A stretch of 64,000 nucleotides of DNA from Deferribacterales bacterium (GTDB lineage: Bacteria > Chrysiogenota > Deferribacteres > Deferribacterales > Geovibrionaceae). Where the stretch lies: the NCBI GenBank assembly GCA_050251945.1, contig JBFWLW010000001.1, positions 192,001 through 256,000 on the forward strand, in the 5' to 3' direction. Below, piece after piece: positions 16,127 to 26,780 of the stretch. Each line of letters opens with the position of its first letter. The first letter of the stretch is position 1. A model generated the notes under the pieces. The model had not been told where the DNA came from and ran no database searches. It worked only from the letters and a program-made list of their open reading frames with translations. Both the position numbers and the translations under genes were made by a program.

Positions 16127-17466
16127 AACTGAAATTTCACTCTGAAAAGCTGACCGTATCTGTAAAGCGTCATTACGGTTTCTGTTCCCATGTTATCCAT
16201 TATATAGCTGTTCAGGTGGTTTATATCCTTTATTTCAGTGTCGTTTATAGCGACCAGAACGTCGCCTTCGTGTACAGTATCAGCTATTCCGGTGGAAGCT
16301 ACGGTCAGATAGTCTTCTTTCTGCGTGAATGTCAGCCCGTATATGTTGCGCAGAACGCTAAGTCCGTAATTATTAGGGTAGCTTGTCAGAAGTATCTGCC
16401 CTTTAAATGTCTTCGTACCGCGTTCAACAACAACCTGAACTGCGGAGCCGGGGGGATAGCTTCTGAGCATGTTGCTCATGGCAAGTATTGATGAAACCGG
16501 AAGTCCGTTCACCTGCAATATTCTGTCGCCGGATCTCATGCCGATGCCCTCAGCGTTGGAGCCTTTTTCCACGCGAGTCACGATGAGGCTTATGCTGTTT
16601 TTGTCCTTGACCTCTTTTGCGGTGAATCCCATGTATCCTGCAGTTACCTTTCCGCTTTTAAGAATTTCCGGCAGAACGCGAACCGCCGTGTTTATGGGGA
16701 TTGAGAAACCGATGCCCTGAGCCTCCTGAACAACTGCGGAGTTGATACCGATTACCTCTCCGTCAAGGTTTATCAGAGGACCGCCGGAATTGCCGGGGTT
16801 GATGAGCGCGTCGGTCTGTATGTAAAGTGAGTATCCGTTGCCGATATTGAGTATGCGTTTTACTGAACTTACAACGCCAGTAGTTATGGAGCTGTTAAGT
16901 CCGTAAGGGTTGCCCATAGCTATAACGGTTTCGCCGAGCATTGCACCGTCGCTGTTGCCTATTTTGACAGCGGGGAATTTTCCCGCGGTGATTATTTTAA
17001 GCACTGCAATGTCGAGTATCTTGTCGCCGCCGACCAGACGCGCTTCATAGCTTTTGTTATCTGTTGTTATTACATATATCTTTGTGGCGGATTCAATGAC
17101 GTGGTAGTTTGTTATGATGGTTCCGTCTGTGCGGACTATAAAACCCGAGCCGAGACTTTGGGTCTTGTATGTTCTGTCGTATCCGAAAAAGTCGTTAAGG
17201 TAGTTTTCGCCATGGGGTGTTTCCTGTCCGAAAGGTCCCACGGATGTGCGCACCAGCTTTTCTGTCCTGATGTTTACGACGGAATTTTCTATGTTTTTAA
17301 CGGCTGCGACAACAGGTGAATATCTGTTGCTGCCCTCTTTGGGCGGTGCCGTAGCTTCCGTCTGCTGCGCTGCCGCATCCTGCGGAGTTTGCTGATCCTG
17401 TTTTTTCTCCTCCCCGCATCCGAATATCATAAGGATCATGGCAATGAACAGTAGTAACTTTTTCAT
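16123..17466 (-). CDS. HtrA/DegP-family serine protease with PDZ domains, lipoprotein
   Basis: Lipobox IFGC, SLGSGF, ITNYHV, DIAVL, IQTDALINPGNSGGPL, then PDZ domains. Confidence 0.92.
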   Translation of the reverse strand: MKKLLLFIAMILMIFGCGEEKKQDQQTPQDAAAQQTEATAPPKEGSNRYSPVVAAVKNIENSVVNIRTEKLVRTSVGPFGQETPHGENYLNDFFGYDRTYKTQSLGSGFIVRTDGTIITNYHVIESATKIYVITTDNKSYEARLVGGDKILDIAVLKIITAGKFPAVKIGNSDGAMLGETVIAMGNPYGLNSSITTGVVSSVKRILNIGNGYSLYIQTDALINPGNSGGPLINLDGEVIGINSAVVQEAQGIGFSIPINTAVRVLPEILKSGKVTAGYMGFTAKEVKDKNSISLIVTRVEKGSNAEGIGMRSGDRILQVNGLPVSSILAMSNMLRSYPPGSAVQVVVERGTKTFKGQILLTSYPNNYGLSVLRNIYGLTFTQKEDYLTVASTGIADTVHEGDVLVAINDTEIKDINHLNSYIMDNMGTETVMTLYRYGQLFRVKFQF

Positions 17467-17540
17467 ATAACGCCCTTCATTTTTTTGATTATCTAAAGAA
17501 TATATTTGAACAGGCGGATTAATTCAAGTATTCTGTTTAA

Positions 17541-19316
17541 ATGTCTGTTAAACACTTTTTTGAGGCGGGAGGCGAGCTTGAAAAAGCTCTCCCCAGATAT
17601 CGCAAACGACAGGCGCAGATAGACGCCTCAGAATTTATTTATTCATCTATGGAAAGCCGTGTCCCGGCTGTTCTGGAAGCCCCTACGGGTTCCGGAAAGA
17701 CCATGGCGTACCTTGTTCCCTCCTTCGAGCTGAACAGGCGAATCATAATTTCCACCAAAACGAAACAGCTGATGTCGCAGATAGCCGGAAAGGACATCAA
17801 TTCCGCCCGCAGGATATTCGGAGACGATAAATACGTTGCCGTTCTTAAGGGGCGCAAGAACTATTTCTGTCATTTCCGCTTTTTCAAACTGCTGTATCCG
17901 CACCCGGGAAAATACGAAAAGGTTATGGAATGGTACGAGTCCGTCGCCAGACAGGAGATAATAGAAATGCCTGTCGGGCTTTTCAACATGGCAGAGATAG
18001 AGAATATGACCACTGATTCGTGGATGTGCACAGCGTCCAAATGCGAATTCTATGATATCTGCTCATTTTACCGCGCAAAACAGAACGCCAACGATGCGGA
18101 TATCGTTATCACTAATCACTATCTGCTTATGAGTGATTTTGCTTTGAAAGCCGAGAGCGAACATGCAAGCATCTTTGATTTTGCAGATCATATAATAATG
18201 GACGAGGCGCACTCAATACCCGATATATTTCCCAGATTTGCAGGAACTGAGCTTTCTCTGCGCAGTTTTCTGCGCGTGATGAACGAAAATCGTCCGGTAT
18301 TTGACCCGCGCGAGATAGAAATAACCGCAGGGATGCTTTCAGGACTGCTTGAAGATATAACGGAGCGCCGCTATACATCTGAGATAAAAGACAGGCTGCT
18401 CGGCTATATCGGGTTTGCCAACAAGGCGATAGGCGAAAAAGACGTTGACGACCTGAAACAGATAAGCAAACGCCTGAACGAGAAGGCGGAGAGCGTTCTC
18501 GGCGATGGTGACGGCGTGCGGTTTGCCGATACGGAGCGTGGCGATATCATTTTGCAGTATATTCCGTTCGATGCATCTGAAAAACTGCGTGAGGGATTGA
18601 AAAATTCGTGTCTGTCACCTGTATTTGTCAGTGCAACTCTTTCCGTTAAAGGCAGTTTTGAATATTTTCTTAATGAAACCGGATATTCAGAGGACGAGGT
18701 TCAGGCGAGGAGCCTTGAGCCTGTTTTCAACATGAGCGAACAGGGCAGGCTGTTGGTTAAGGATTGCGACGACGCATTCTATGAGGAGCTGGCTCTCAAG
18801 GCGAAAGGCTCTGTTCTTGTCATATGCAACAGTGTTTCCCGTATGCATAAAGTTACGAAATTATTGAAAAATATCATACCCGAAAGGGTTTTCGCTCAGA
18901 CAGAGATAGATATCAGCGATACGGAAGGACTTACAGATGCTTTCTTTGTCGGGTGCGCCGTCTTTCGCGAGGGTATGGATTTTGCACATACGGGCATCTC
19001 ATTTGTCGTGCTTGATAAGCTTCCGTTTGAATACTTTGAAGACATAGTTCTTAAAGAACGCGCCGCGTCTTTGAAAAATAAAGGGCTTGACCCTTTTAAA
19101 GACTATTTTTTACCACGGGCTGTGATATACTATCGACAGGCAGTTGGAAGACTGCTTCGTCACGAGGATGATCACGGAGTCTGGGCTATTCTGGACAGCC
19201 GTATCGAGACCAAAAATTATGGAAAGTATTTCCGTGATGTGTTAAATAATGTACCGAAGATAGATTCAATTGATGATGCGGTTCGTTTTCTGGAGGTTGC
19301 TGATGAAACGGATTAA
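17541..19316 (+). CDS. DinG/YoaA-family ATP-dependent DNA helicase
   Basis: EAPTGSGKT, LKGRKNYFC with Fe-S Cys cluster, DEAH, SATL and QAVGRLLR. Confidence 0.9.
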   Translation: MSVKHFFEAGGELEKALPRYRKRQAQIDASEFIYSSMESRVPAVLEAPTGSGKTMAYLVPSFELNRRIIISTKTKQLMSQIAGKDINSARRIFGDDKYVAVLKGRKNYFCHFRFFKLLYPHPGKYEKVMEWYESVARQEIIEMPVGLFNMAEIENMTTDSWMCTASKCEFYDICSFYRAKQNANDADIVITNHYLLMSDFALKAESEHASIFDFADHIIMDEAHSIPDIFPRFAGTELSLRSFLRVMNENRPVFDPREIEITAGMLSGLLEDITERRYTSEIKDRLLGYIGFANKAIGEKDVDDLKQISKRLNEKAESVLGDGDGVRFADTERGDIILQYIPFDASEKLREGLKNSCLSPVFVSATLSVKGSFEYFLNETGYSEDEVQARSLEPVFNMSEQGRLLVKDCDDAFYEELALKAKGSVLVICNSVSRMHKVTKLLKNIIPERVFAQTEIDISDTEGLTDAFFVGCAVFREGMDFAHTGISFVVLDKLPFEYFEDIVLKERAASLKNKGLDPFKDYFLPRAVIYYRQAVGRLLRHEDDHGVWAILDSRIETKNYGKYFRDVLNNVPKIDSIDDAVRFLEVADETD

Positions 19317-20661
19317 AGTCGATTATAACTACGTCATGGACAAATTTGTTGCAGGCGGACTCAGCGAGGAAAAACTCGATGAGTACAAAGAGAAGGCAAA
19401 GCTTGGGCTTTCACGTCTGCTTCGCATGTCCGATGACGGTCAGGCGGGATTCATCGGACTGCCGGAACAGAACCTTGCACCCATCAAGAAATTCGCCAAA
19501 GAGATAAGCGGTAAGTTCAACGACCTTATAGTTATAGGCATCGGCGGCAGCTCACTCGGTGTAGAGACCGTATGCAATGCAATGCTGCCCTTTGGGTATA
19601 ATGCACGTTCGTTTGCAGAACGCGGCTGTTTTCCCCGCGTTTGGGTGGCTGATAACGTTGACCCCACAAAGATAAGCTCAATTCTTTCAGAATGTCAGCC
19701 GGAGGATACTTTTGTATGCATCATAACGAAATCCGGCAGTACGGTTGAAACTGCGGCAAACTTCGGCATAATCTACGAATGGCTTATGGCAAAGGTCAAA
19801 AATCCGAAAAAACAGATATGTGCCATCACTGATCCGGAAAAGGGCGCTCTGCGCGCCATGGCAAACGAAAAAGGTTTCGTGTCGTTCGATGTTCAACCCA
19901 ACGTGGGCGGACGTTTCAGCGTTCTGTCGCCTGTGGGGCTGATTCCTGCGGCAATATTGGGGCTTGATATTGACAAGCTGCTGGAAGGCGCTATGTCAGT
20001 TCATAAAGACAACTACGAACAGATACTTACACTGTCCGCTATATATATGTATTTCATGGATATGGGCAAAAACATAAACGTTATGATGCCTTATTCTTCA
20101 AGACTTGTCTCTTTTGCCGACTGGTACTGCCAGCTTTGGGGCGAGAGCCTTGGCAAAAGCAGAACAATAGACGGAAAAGAAATCGCTTTCGGCACAACTC
20201 CTGTCCGCGCGACCGGAACAATAGATCAGCATTCTCAGGTTCAGCTTTACAAAGAGGGACCCAACGATAAGGTCTTCACATTTATAGAGGTTCTGAACCA
20301 CGACAAGGACAGAAAGATAACTTCTCCATATGAAGCGTACGATTACCTGAACGGTCACGGTATGGGAAACCTCTGCAATATTGAACTTAAAGGAACGGAG
20401 GCGGCTCTTAAAAATGCCGGCAAACCTTCCGTTAAGATATCTCTCGATCTCGTTGACGAATTTACGATAGGCGGACTTTTTATGATATGGCAGTATATTG
20501 TCCCTGTGATAGGTCTCGCCTGTGACATAGATCCCTTCGACCAGCCCGGGGTGGAAGAGGGAAAAGACTACGCATACGCGCTTCTGGGCAGAAAAGGCTA
20601 CGACGCTACCAAAGCAAAATTCACGGAGATTTACAAAAAACAGGATGATTTTATCGTTTGA
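19303..20661 (+). CDS. pgi: Glucose-6-phosphate isomerase
   Basis: GIGGSSLG, KSGSTVET, VGGRFSV, QLWGESLGK, DQHS and DQPGVEEGK. Confidence 0.96.
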   Translation: MKRIKVDYNYVMDKFVAGGLSEEKLDEYKEKAKLGLSRLLRMSDDGQAGFIGLPEQNLAPIKKFAKEISGKFNDLIVIGIGGSSLGVETVCNAMLPFGYNARSFAERGCFPRVWVADNVDPTKISSILSECQPEDTFVCIITKSGSTVETAANFGIIYEWLMAKVKNPKKQICAITDPEKGALRAMANEKGFVSFDVQPNVGGRFSVLSPVGLIPAAILGLDIDKLLEGAMSVHKDNYEQILTLSAIYMYFMDMGKNINVMMPYSSRLVSFADWYCQLWGESLGKSRTIDGKEIAFGTTPVRATGTIDQHSQVQLYKEGPNDKVFTFIEVLNHDKDRKITSPYEAYDYLNGHGMGNLCNIELKGTEAALKNAGKPSVKISLDLVDEFTIGGLFMIWQYIVPVIGLACDIDPFDQPGVEEGKDYAYALLGRKGYDATKAKFTEIYKKQDDFIV

Positions 20662-21880
20662 GAAAAAGCTGTCTGCAAGACTTGGTGAACTGAACGGTAA
20701 AAAACTGCTGGTGGCGCTCTCCGGCGGCAAGGATTCGGTGTCTCTGCTGCACTTTCTTAAAAAGAATGAAGGAATAAAGAGTTATCAGATAGCCGCGTGT
20801 CATGTTAACCACATGTACAGAAAGACCGCGTGGTGGGACGAGAAGTTCTGCTCTGACTATTGTAGAAAACTGTCAATACCGTTCATATCATACAGGTGCG
20901 ACGTTCCCAGATACTGTGCCGTGAAAAAGCTTAGTTTTGAACACGGCGCAAGAGTTATTCGCTACAGAGCGCTGCAAGGTGCGGCGGTTCATTTCGGCTC
21001 CGACCTGATACTTACGGCGCATACGAAAGACGATGTTGTCGAAACGTTCTTCATTCAGGCGGTGCAGGGAGCGTCCGCGTTCTCCCTGAAAGGTATAAAC
21101 GATCGGGACGGTCAGCTTTGCAGACTGATGCTGGACATTTCCTCCGAAGAAATTTATGAGTACCTGAACAAATATGGCATTGCCTATGTCATTGATGAGA
21201 CCAATAATGATGAGAAATATCTTCGCAACTTCATCCGTAAAAACATAACGGCGAAGCTGGCAGAGTTCAGAAAAGGATACGAAGACAACATTGTCTCTAT
21301 TATGAAAGACAATATCAGGTTCGATAACTATTTGGCGGACAAGCTCGAACCGCTGATAGAAAAGGCGGAGACAGATGTTTTGGCTGTCCGGACAAGTGTT
21401 TTCGGCGGGCTTTCCGAGCTGGAGCAGGAATATGTCCTGCATCGGATGGCTTCTAAATGTTTCCGGTTCGAGCGCAGGCATCTTATTGAGATGCAGAAAA
21501 TACTGGACAACGAATTTTCCGTGCGCGGCGATATGCCCGACGGATTTAAATTTGAAAAGAGCGACAAATACTTAAGATTGTTCCATGGCAGAAACGTAGC
21601 CCCTTTTGAGATACATAAACCTGCCGGAGCGGACAGAGTTGTCGTCCCGCAGACTGGAAAAGAACTCCGGTTCGCAGATAAATGGAAAGAAAAGGAACTT
21701 CTGATACGCAACAGGCGTGTCGGCGACAGAATAAAGATGAAAAAGGTCAAAGATGTCTTCATAGACAGGAAGCTTGACCTCTACACAAGGGATACCGCAC
21801 TAATAATTCTTGAAAAAAATGTGATCGTATGGGTTGAAAATATCTCACATGATGGTACTATAACCCTTTATGTGAAATGA
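20645..21880 (+). CDS. tilS: tRNA(Ile)-lysidine synthase
   Basis: SGGKDS PP-loop, AR..RY, TAHTKDD and DETN..RNFIR. Sits in tilS-hpt-ftsH synteny. Confidence 0.94.
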   Translation: MILSFEKKLSARLGELNGKKLLVALSGGKDSVSLLHFLKKNEGIKSYQIAACHVNHMYRKTAWWDEKFCSDYCRKLSIPFISYRCDVPRYCAVKKLSFEHGARVIRYRALQGAAVHFGSDLILTAHTKDDVVETFFIQAVQGASAFSLKGINDRDGQLCRLMLDISSEEIYEYLNKYGIAYVIDETNNDEKYLRNFIRKNITAKLAEFRKGYEDNIVSIMKDNIRFDNYLADKLEPLIEKAETDVLAVRTSVFGGLSELEQEYVLHRMASKCFRFERRHLIEMQKILDNEFSVRGDMPDGFKFEKSDKYLRLFHGRNVAPFEIHKPAGADRVVVPQTGKELRFADKWKEKELLIRNRRVGDRIKMKKVKDVFIDRKLDLYTRDTALIILEKNVIVWVENISHDGTITLYVK

Positions 21881-21890
21881 TACGGGGGAG

Positions 21891-22427
21891 ATGGATTTGA
21901 AACCGCACATTCTTAAAGAGATGCTGAGTGAAGAAGTGATAAAAAAGAGGGTCGCAGAGCTTGGAAAGCAGATTAGCGCCGATTACGCGGACAAGAATGT
22001 TCTTGCCGTGGGTGTGCTTAAAGGCTCTGTCATTTTTATGTCAGACCTTGTCAGGGAGATGGAAGGTTCCAACGTTGAGATAGGTTTCCTCGCTGTTTCA
22101 AGCTATAAAGGAACCGATACTTCCGGAAGCGTGAGACTTCTCTTTGACCTCGACAAACCTCTTGAAGATACACATGTGCTGATAGTCGAAGATATACTGG
22201 ATACGGGAAACACTTTGTCATATCTTACAAACATGTTGACTCTGCGTAACCCCGCGTCTATGAAGCTGGTTGCTCTTCTGGACAAGCCGGAAAGGCGTAA
22301 AGCGCAGATAACCCTTGACTACAGAGGGTTTGAAATACCTGACAGGTTCGTTGTAGGCTACGGACTTGATTACGATGGATATTACAGGAATTTAAAAAAT
22401 ATATGCACGGTCGAATTTACCGACTGA
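21891..22427 (+). CDS. hpt: Hypoxanthine phosphoribosyltransferase
   Basis: VLKGS, VLIVEDILDTGNTL and FVVGYGLD. Confidence 0.96.
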   Translation: MDLKPHILKEMLSEEVIKKRVAELGKQISADYADKNVLAVGVLKGSVIFMSDLVREMEGSNVEIGFLAVSSYKGTDTSGSVRLLFDLDKPLEDTHVLIVEDILDTGNTLSYLTNMLTLRNPASMKLVALLDKPERRKAQITLDYRGFEIPDRFVVGYGLDYDGYYRNLKNICTVEFTD

Positions 22428-22447
22428 TGACTGGAGAAAGGTGATTA

Positions 22448-24280
22448 ATGAATAACGGATTTTACAAAAATCTGGCTTTGTGGCTGGTGATCGCTTTCAT
22501 CATGGTGTTTCTGTTCAACGTGATAAGCGGCACACAGGCGGTCAAAAAAAATGTCAACTACTCTGAGTTTATGACTCAGGTGGCTGCAAATAAGGTTAAG
22601 ACCGTCATCATAAAGCAGAACAAAATTGATGGTACATTCGTTGACGGCGGACAGTTTGAATCATACTCGCCGGACGACATTGACCTTATAAAGACGCTCA
22701 GAGAACACAAGGTGGAGATAACAGCTCAGCCGCCCGACAAAAGCCCATGGTATATGCAGGTTCTTGTTTCGTGGCTGCCTATGATAATACTCATAGGTAT
22801 ATGGATATTCTTCATGCGTCAGATGCAGGGCGGAGCCGGAGGCAAGGCTTTCAGCTTCGGAAAATCTAAAGCGAAACTGCTTACGCAGGATCAGCATAAA
22901 GTTACTTTCAAAGACGTTGCAGGTATCGAAGAAGCAAAGGAGGAGCTTGAGGAGATCATTGATTTCCTTAAAGATCCGCAGAAATTTCAGAGGCTTGGCG
23001 GAAAAATTCCCAAAGGCGTTCTGCTTGTGGGTCCTCCCGGAACGGGCAAGACACTGCTTGCCAGAGCCGTTGCAGGTGAGGCCGGTGTCCCTTTCTTCTC
23101 CATATCCGGTTCCGATTTCGTTGAAATGTTTGTCGGCGTTGGTGCGGCTCGTGTACGCGACCTTTTCGAGCAGGGTAAAAAGAATGCACCCTGTATAATC
23201 TTCGTCGATGAGATAGACGCAGTGGGTCGCCACAGAGGCGCAGGTCTCGGCGGCGGACACGATGAGAGAGAGCAGACCCTTAACCAGATGCTGGTTGAAA
23301 TGGACGGTTTCGAGTCAAATGAAGGCGTTATCATGATAGCCGCAACAAACAGACCGGACGTTCTTGACCCTGCTCTGCTTCGTCCCGGACGTTTCGACCG
23401 TCAGGTTGTCGTCCCCAGACCCGATATGCACGGAAGACTTGAGATACTCAACGTCCACTCATCAAAAGTGAAGCTGGAAGAGGGAATAAACCTTGAGGTT
23501 ATCGCGAAAGGCACTCCCGGCTTTGCAGGTGCGGATCTTGCGAACCTTGTCAACGAAGCGGCGCTCATAGCCGCCCGCAAAAACAAAGAGGCCGTTCAGA
23601 TGGCTGACTTTGAAGAGGCGAAAGATAAGGTCATCATGGGTAAAGAACGCAGAAGCATGGTTATCAACGATAAAGAGAAAGAGAATACGGCTTATCACGA
23701 GGCAGGACACGCTATCGTGGCTAAATTTATCCTCGAAGCTGACCCGGTGCATAAAGTGAGCATCATCCCCAGAGGAATGGCGCTCGGCGTTACGACTCAG
23801 CTTCCCGTTGACGACAGACATATGTACACCAAGGAATACATGGAAGGTATGCTTGCCGTTCTTATGGGCGGACGCGTTGCGGAAGAGGTCATTTTTGACA
23901 GGCTTTCCACAGGCGCGGGAAACGACATCGAAAGGGCAACCGACATATCCAGAAAAATGGTGTGTTCATGGGGTATGAGCAAAAAAATGGGTCCCCTTGC
24001 GTACGGTAAAAAAGAGGAGCAGGTCTTCCTCGGCAAGGAGATCGGACACGCGAAAGACTACAGCGAGACAACTGCAATAGCTATCGACGACGAAGTGAAA
24101 GCATTTGTAATGGACGGATATAACAGAGCCAGAAGGATTCTGGAAGACAACACTGAACTGCTTCACCGCACGGCGAAGCTTCTTCTTGAGAAAGAGACCA
24201 TCGACGGAAATGAGATAGACACTCTTCTCAAAGAACTTGAAGGCGAAACTGTCGTTCCGGTGGAAACGACTGTTGTCTAA
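22448..24280 (+). CDS. ftsH: ATP-dependent zinc metalloprotease FtsH
   Basis: Two TM segments, [15 protein letters not shown], second region of homology and HEAGH. Confidence 0.98.
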   Translation: MNNGFYKNLALWLVIAFIMVFLFNVISGTQAVKKNVNYSEFMTQVAANKVKTVIIKQNKIDGTFVDGGQFESYSPDDIDLIKTLREHKVEITAQPPDKSPWYMQVLVSWLPMIILIGIWIFFMRQMQGGAGGKAFSFGKSKAKLLTQDQHKVTFKDVAGIEEAKEELEEIIDFLKDPQKFQRLGGKIPKGVLLVGPPGTGKTLLARAVAGEAGVPFFSISGSDFVEMFVGVGAARVRDLFEQGKKNAPCIIFVDEIDAVGRHRGAGLGGGHDEREQTLNQMLVEMDGFESNEGVIMIAATNRPDVLDPALLRPGRFDRQVVVPRPDMHGRLEILNVHSSKVKLEEGINLEVIAKGTPGFAGADLANLVNEAALIAARKNKEAVQMADFEEAKDKVIMGKERRSMVINDKEKENTAYHEAGHAIVAKFILEADPVHKVSIIPRGMALGVTTQLPVDDRHMYTKEYMEGMLAVLMGGRVAEEVIFDRLSTGAGNDIERATDISRKMVCSWGMSKKMGPLAYGKKEEQVFLGKEIGHAKDYSETTAIAIDDEVKAFVMDGYNRARRILEDNTELLHRTAKLLLEKETIDGNEIDTLLKELEGETVVPVETTVV

Positions 24281-25115
24281 CGTTCTGACATCATCAAGGG
24301 GCGATATCTCGCTCGAATATCCTCTCCTTATGGGGATATTGAACGTGACGCCCGACTCTTTCAGCGACGGAGGCTCTTTTAACAGTGTCGACGGACTGGT
24401 GAGCAGAGTTGATGAGTTTCTGTTTCATAAGGTGGATATAGCCGATATCGGCGGAGAATCCACCAGACCCGGTTCCGACGGCGTAAGTATTGAAGAGGAA
24501 CTGAACAGGGTGCTTCCGGCGGTGGTTCACTGTGTCGGAAACGGTATATACGTTTCCGTTGACACTATGAAACCGCAGGTTGCGTACGAATCTTTGATGG
24601 CTGGCGCGGCGATGATAAACGATGTGTCCGGCTTCCGAAACCCTGATATGACAGCCGTATGCGCGGAATTCGGATGTTCGGTGTGTATCATGCATATGCT
24701 GGGCGAGCCGAGAACCATGCAGGAGAATCCTGAATACACTGACGTCGTTGAAGACATCAGACGATATCTGCTTGAAGCCGCTGAAAGATGCGTCAAAGCG
24801 GGTATTAAAGAGAGTTCCATATGCGTTGACCCGGGTTTCGGATTCGGGAAGACGCTTGAAGACAATTATAAACTGCTGGCAGGTCTTGAGTGGATCAAAT
24901 CTGCCGGTTTTCCCGTTCTGGCGGGCATTTCGCGCAAGTCCATGATAGGAAACGTCGTGAACAAACCGCCGCTGAAACGCCTTGCGGGATCCATAACAGC
25001 CCACACTGCGGCTGTTATGAACGGTGCGGATATCATTCGGACGCATGATATCGAAGAGACGGCAGATATGCTTAAGGTACTCAGGATGCTGAAAAAAGCG
25101 GGTGGCAAGTGTTAG
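24273..25115 (+). CDS. folP: Dihydropteroate synthase
   Basis: [30 protein letters not shown] and SRKS. Start uncertain (TTG 24273 chosen). Confidence 0.95.
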   Translation: MSNVLTSSRGDISLEYPLLMGILNVTPDSFSDGGSFNSVDGLVSRVDEFLFHKVDIADIGGESTRPGSDGVSIEEELNRVLPAVVHCVGNGIYVSVDTMKPQVAYESLMAGAAMINDVSGFRNPDMTAVCAEFGCSVCIMHMLGEPRTMQENPEYTDVVEDIRRYLLEAAERCVKAGIKESSICVDPGFGFGKTLEDNYKLLAGLEWIKSAGFPVLAGISRKSMIGNVVNKPPLKRLAGSITAHTAAVMNGADIIRTHDIEETADMLKVLRMLKKAGGKC

Positions 25116-25894
25116 AGATAATCAAATCTATCGGATTGTTTGACATTATTGACATGGCGATCATAGCCATAGTTGTCTACAATCTCCTTCTGCTTATCAA
25201 AGGTACGAGGGCGCTCCCGATGCTCATGGGCATCATGCTTATCGTCATTGTCTCGTTTGCCGCAAGATATCTGGGACTTAAGACCACAAGCTGGGTTCTG
25301 GACAACTTTACAGGTTATCTGTTCATTATCATTGTGGTTCTCTTTCAGCAGGAGATACGCCGCGCACTCGCATTCATTGGTGAAACCAAAGTTTTCGGTA
25401 CGCAGGCTAAGGCTAAATCCGTTATTCTGGACGAGATAGTAAAAGCCGCGACTGTCCTTGCCAACAGGCAGATAGGAGCGCTTATCGTTCTCCAGCGCAA
25501 CACTGACCTTGAACACTTTCTGGACGATACCGGACAAAAGCTGGACTGCATCATATCCAGAGAGATACTTATAAGTATTTTTATTCCTTATTCCCCCCTG
25601 CACGATGGTGCGGTGATAATTTCCAACGGACGTATTTCCACCGCAGGCAGTATTTTGCCGCTCACGCGCAAGACAGACCTCGGAAAGAATTACGGGACAC
25701 GCCACAGGGCGGCTGTGGGTGTTACAGAGGAAACGGATGCCATCGCCATCGCTGTGAGCGAGGAGAAGGGTTCCATAACCGTTGCGCAAAACGGTGAGCT
25801 GAGCGAAGAACTGAACGCGGACAAGCTCAGAAAAATGCTGGATTCGATTTTCAATCAACAGGCAAAGAGCGTAAAGAAAAATGATAATAACTAA
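25109..25894 (+). CDS. cdaA: Diadenylate cyclase CdaA (DacA)
   Basis: Three N-terminal TM segments, FQQEIRRAL, and catalytic PLHDGA and GTRHRAA motifs. Confidence 0.95.
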   Translation: MLEIIKSIGLFDIIDMAIIAIVVYNLLLLIKGTRALPMLMGIMLIVIVSFAARYLGLKTTSWVLDNFTGYLFIIIVVLFQQEIRRALAFIGETKVFGTQAKAKSVILDEIVKAATVLANRQIGALIVLQRNTDLEHFLDDTGQKLDCIISREILISIFIPYSPLHDGAVIISNGRISTAGSILPLTRKTDLGKNYGTRHRAAVGVTEETDAIAIAVSEEKGSITVAQNGELSEELNADKLRKMLDSIFNQQAKSVKKNDNN

Positions 25895-26780
25895 CACACA
25901 CTTAAGAATTATCAGCGTTGTCCTTGCCATATGCCTCTGGCTTTATATAGTTACAGGAGAGTTTCAGGAGATTTCACTCTATGTGCCTGTTAAACTTACA
26001 AATATTCCCGAAGGGTCAGTAGCCGTTACCGATGAAAACCTCATAAACGTTATGGCGAAAGGCCCCAAGTTTCTCGTTAACAATAAGCAGTTCAATAAGG
26101 TGCAGATAGCTATAGACGTTTCAAAAATAGCATCCGGTACCAAGAGCGTATATATCAATCCGGAAGACGTGCAGATGCCTGCTGGCATAGAGGTTACGAA
26201 TATCCATCCCAAAACCATCGACGTGACTGTTGATTCACTGGTGAAAAAACAGATGAAGGTCACTCCGACGTTTGTGGGAGAGCCGATGCCCGGATATAAG
26301 ATAGGTTCGGTTGTCATTAAACCTGAAACTGTTGAGATAAACGCAGCTATGTCGAAGATAAAAGGGCTTAAATCAATTGAGACCATGCCGGTTAACCTTT
26401 CCGGTAAGAAAGACCCGATAACATACAGTATAGGTCTTAAGTTTTACGAGGGTATACAGAAGACAGCGCCTGAATTTGTCGAGGTCTTCGTTATGTTTAA
26501 AGAGGACATACAGCAGAAGATCTTTCACGAAATAGAGGTCACTCCTGTCGGACTTAAAAGAGGTATGGATGCAAAAATCACCGGTGAGCTGACGCTGACG
26601 GTCAGCGGACGGGCAGACCTCTTGAATGAGCAGACCATTGCGAACGTTCTGAATCCCCACGTCGACCTTTCCGATGTCGAAACAGGGGGAGTATACAAGA
26701 GAACGGTCGTATTCAATGATTCAAATATTTTAAAAGTAATTGATGTAAAACCCGCGCGTGTGCGGGTTGAGGTTGAATGA
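25881..26780 (+). CDS. cdaR: CdaR/YbbR-domain regulator
   Basis: N-terminal TM (ISVVLAICLWLYI), beta-rich repeats with P..V.V.V ends, located between cdaA and glmM. Confidence 0.85.
   Translation: MIITNTHLRIISVVLAICLWLYIVTGEFQEISLYVPVKLTNIPEGSVAVTDENLINVMAKGPKFLVNNKQFNKVQIAIDVSKIASGTKSVYINPEDVQMPAGIEVTNIHPKTIDVTVDSLVKKQMKVTPTFVGEPMPGYKIGSVVIKPETVEINAAMSKIKGLKSIETMPVNLSGKKDPITYSIGLKFYEGIQKTAPEFVEVFVMFKEDIQQKIFHEIEVTPVGLKRGMDAKITGELTLTVSGRADLLNEQTIANVLNPHVDLSDVETGGVYKRTVVFNDSNILKVIDVKPARVRVEVE

Noticed and set aside
14750..16130. att sites or target duplication around the KAP NTPase gene
   Set aside because: Only short GCACTT-type matches were found, which are expected by chance. No integrase or tRNA is nearby.
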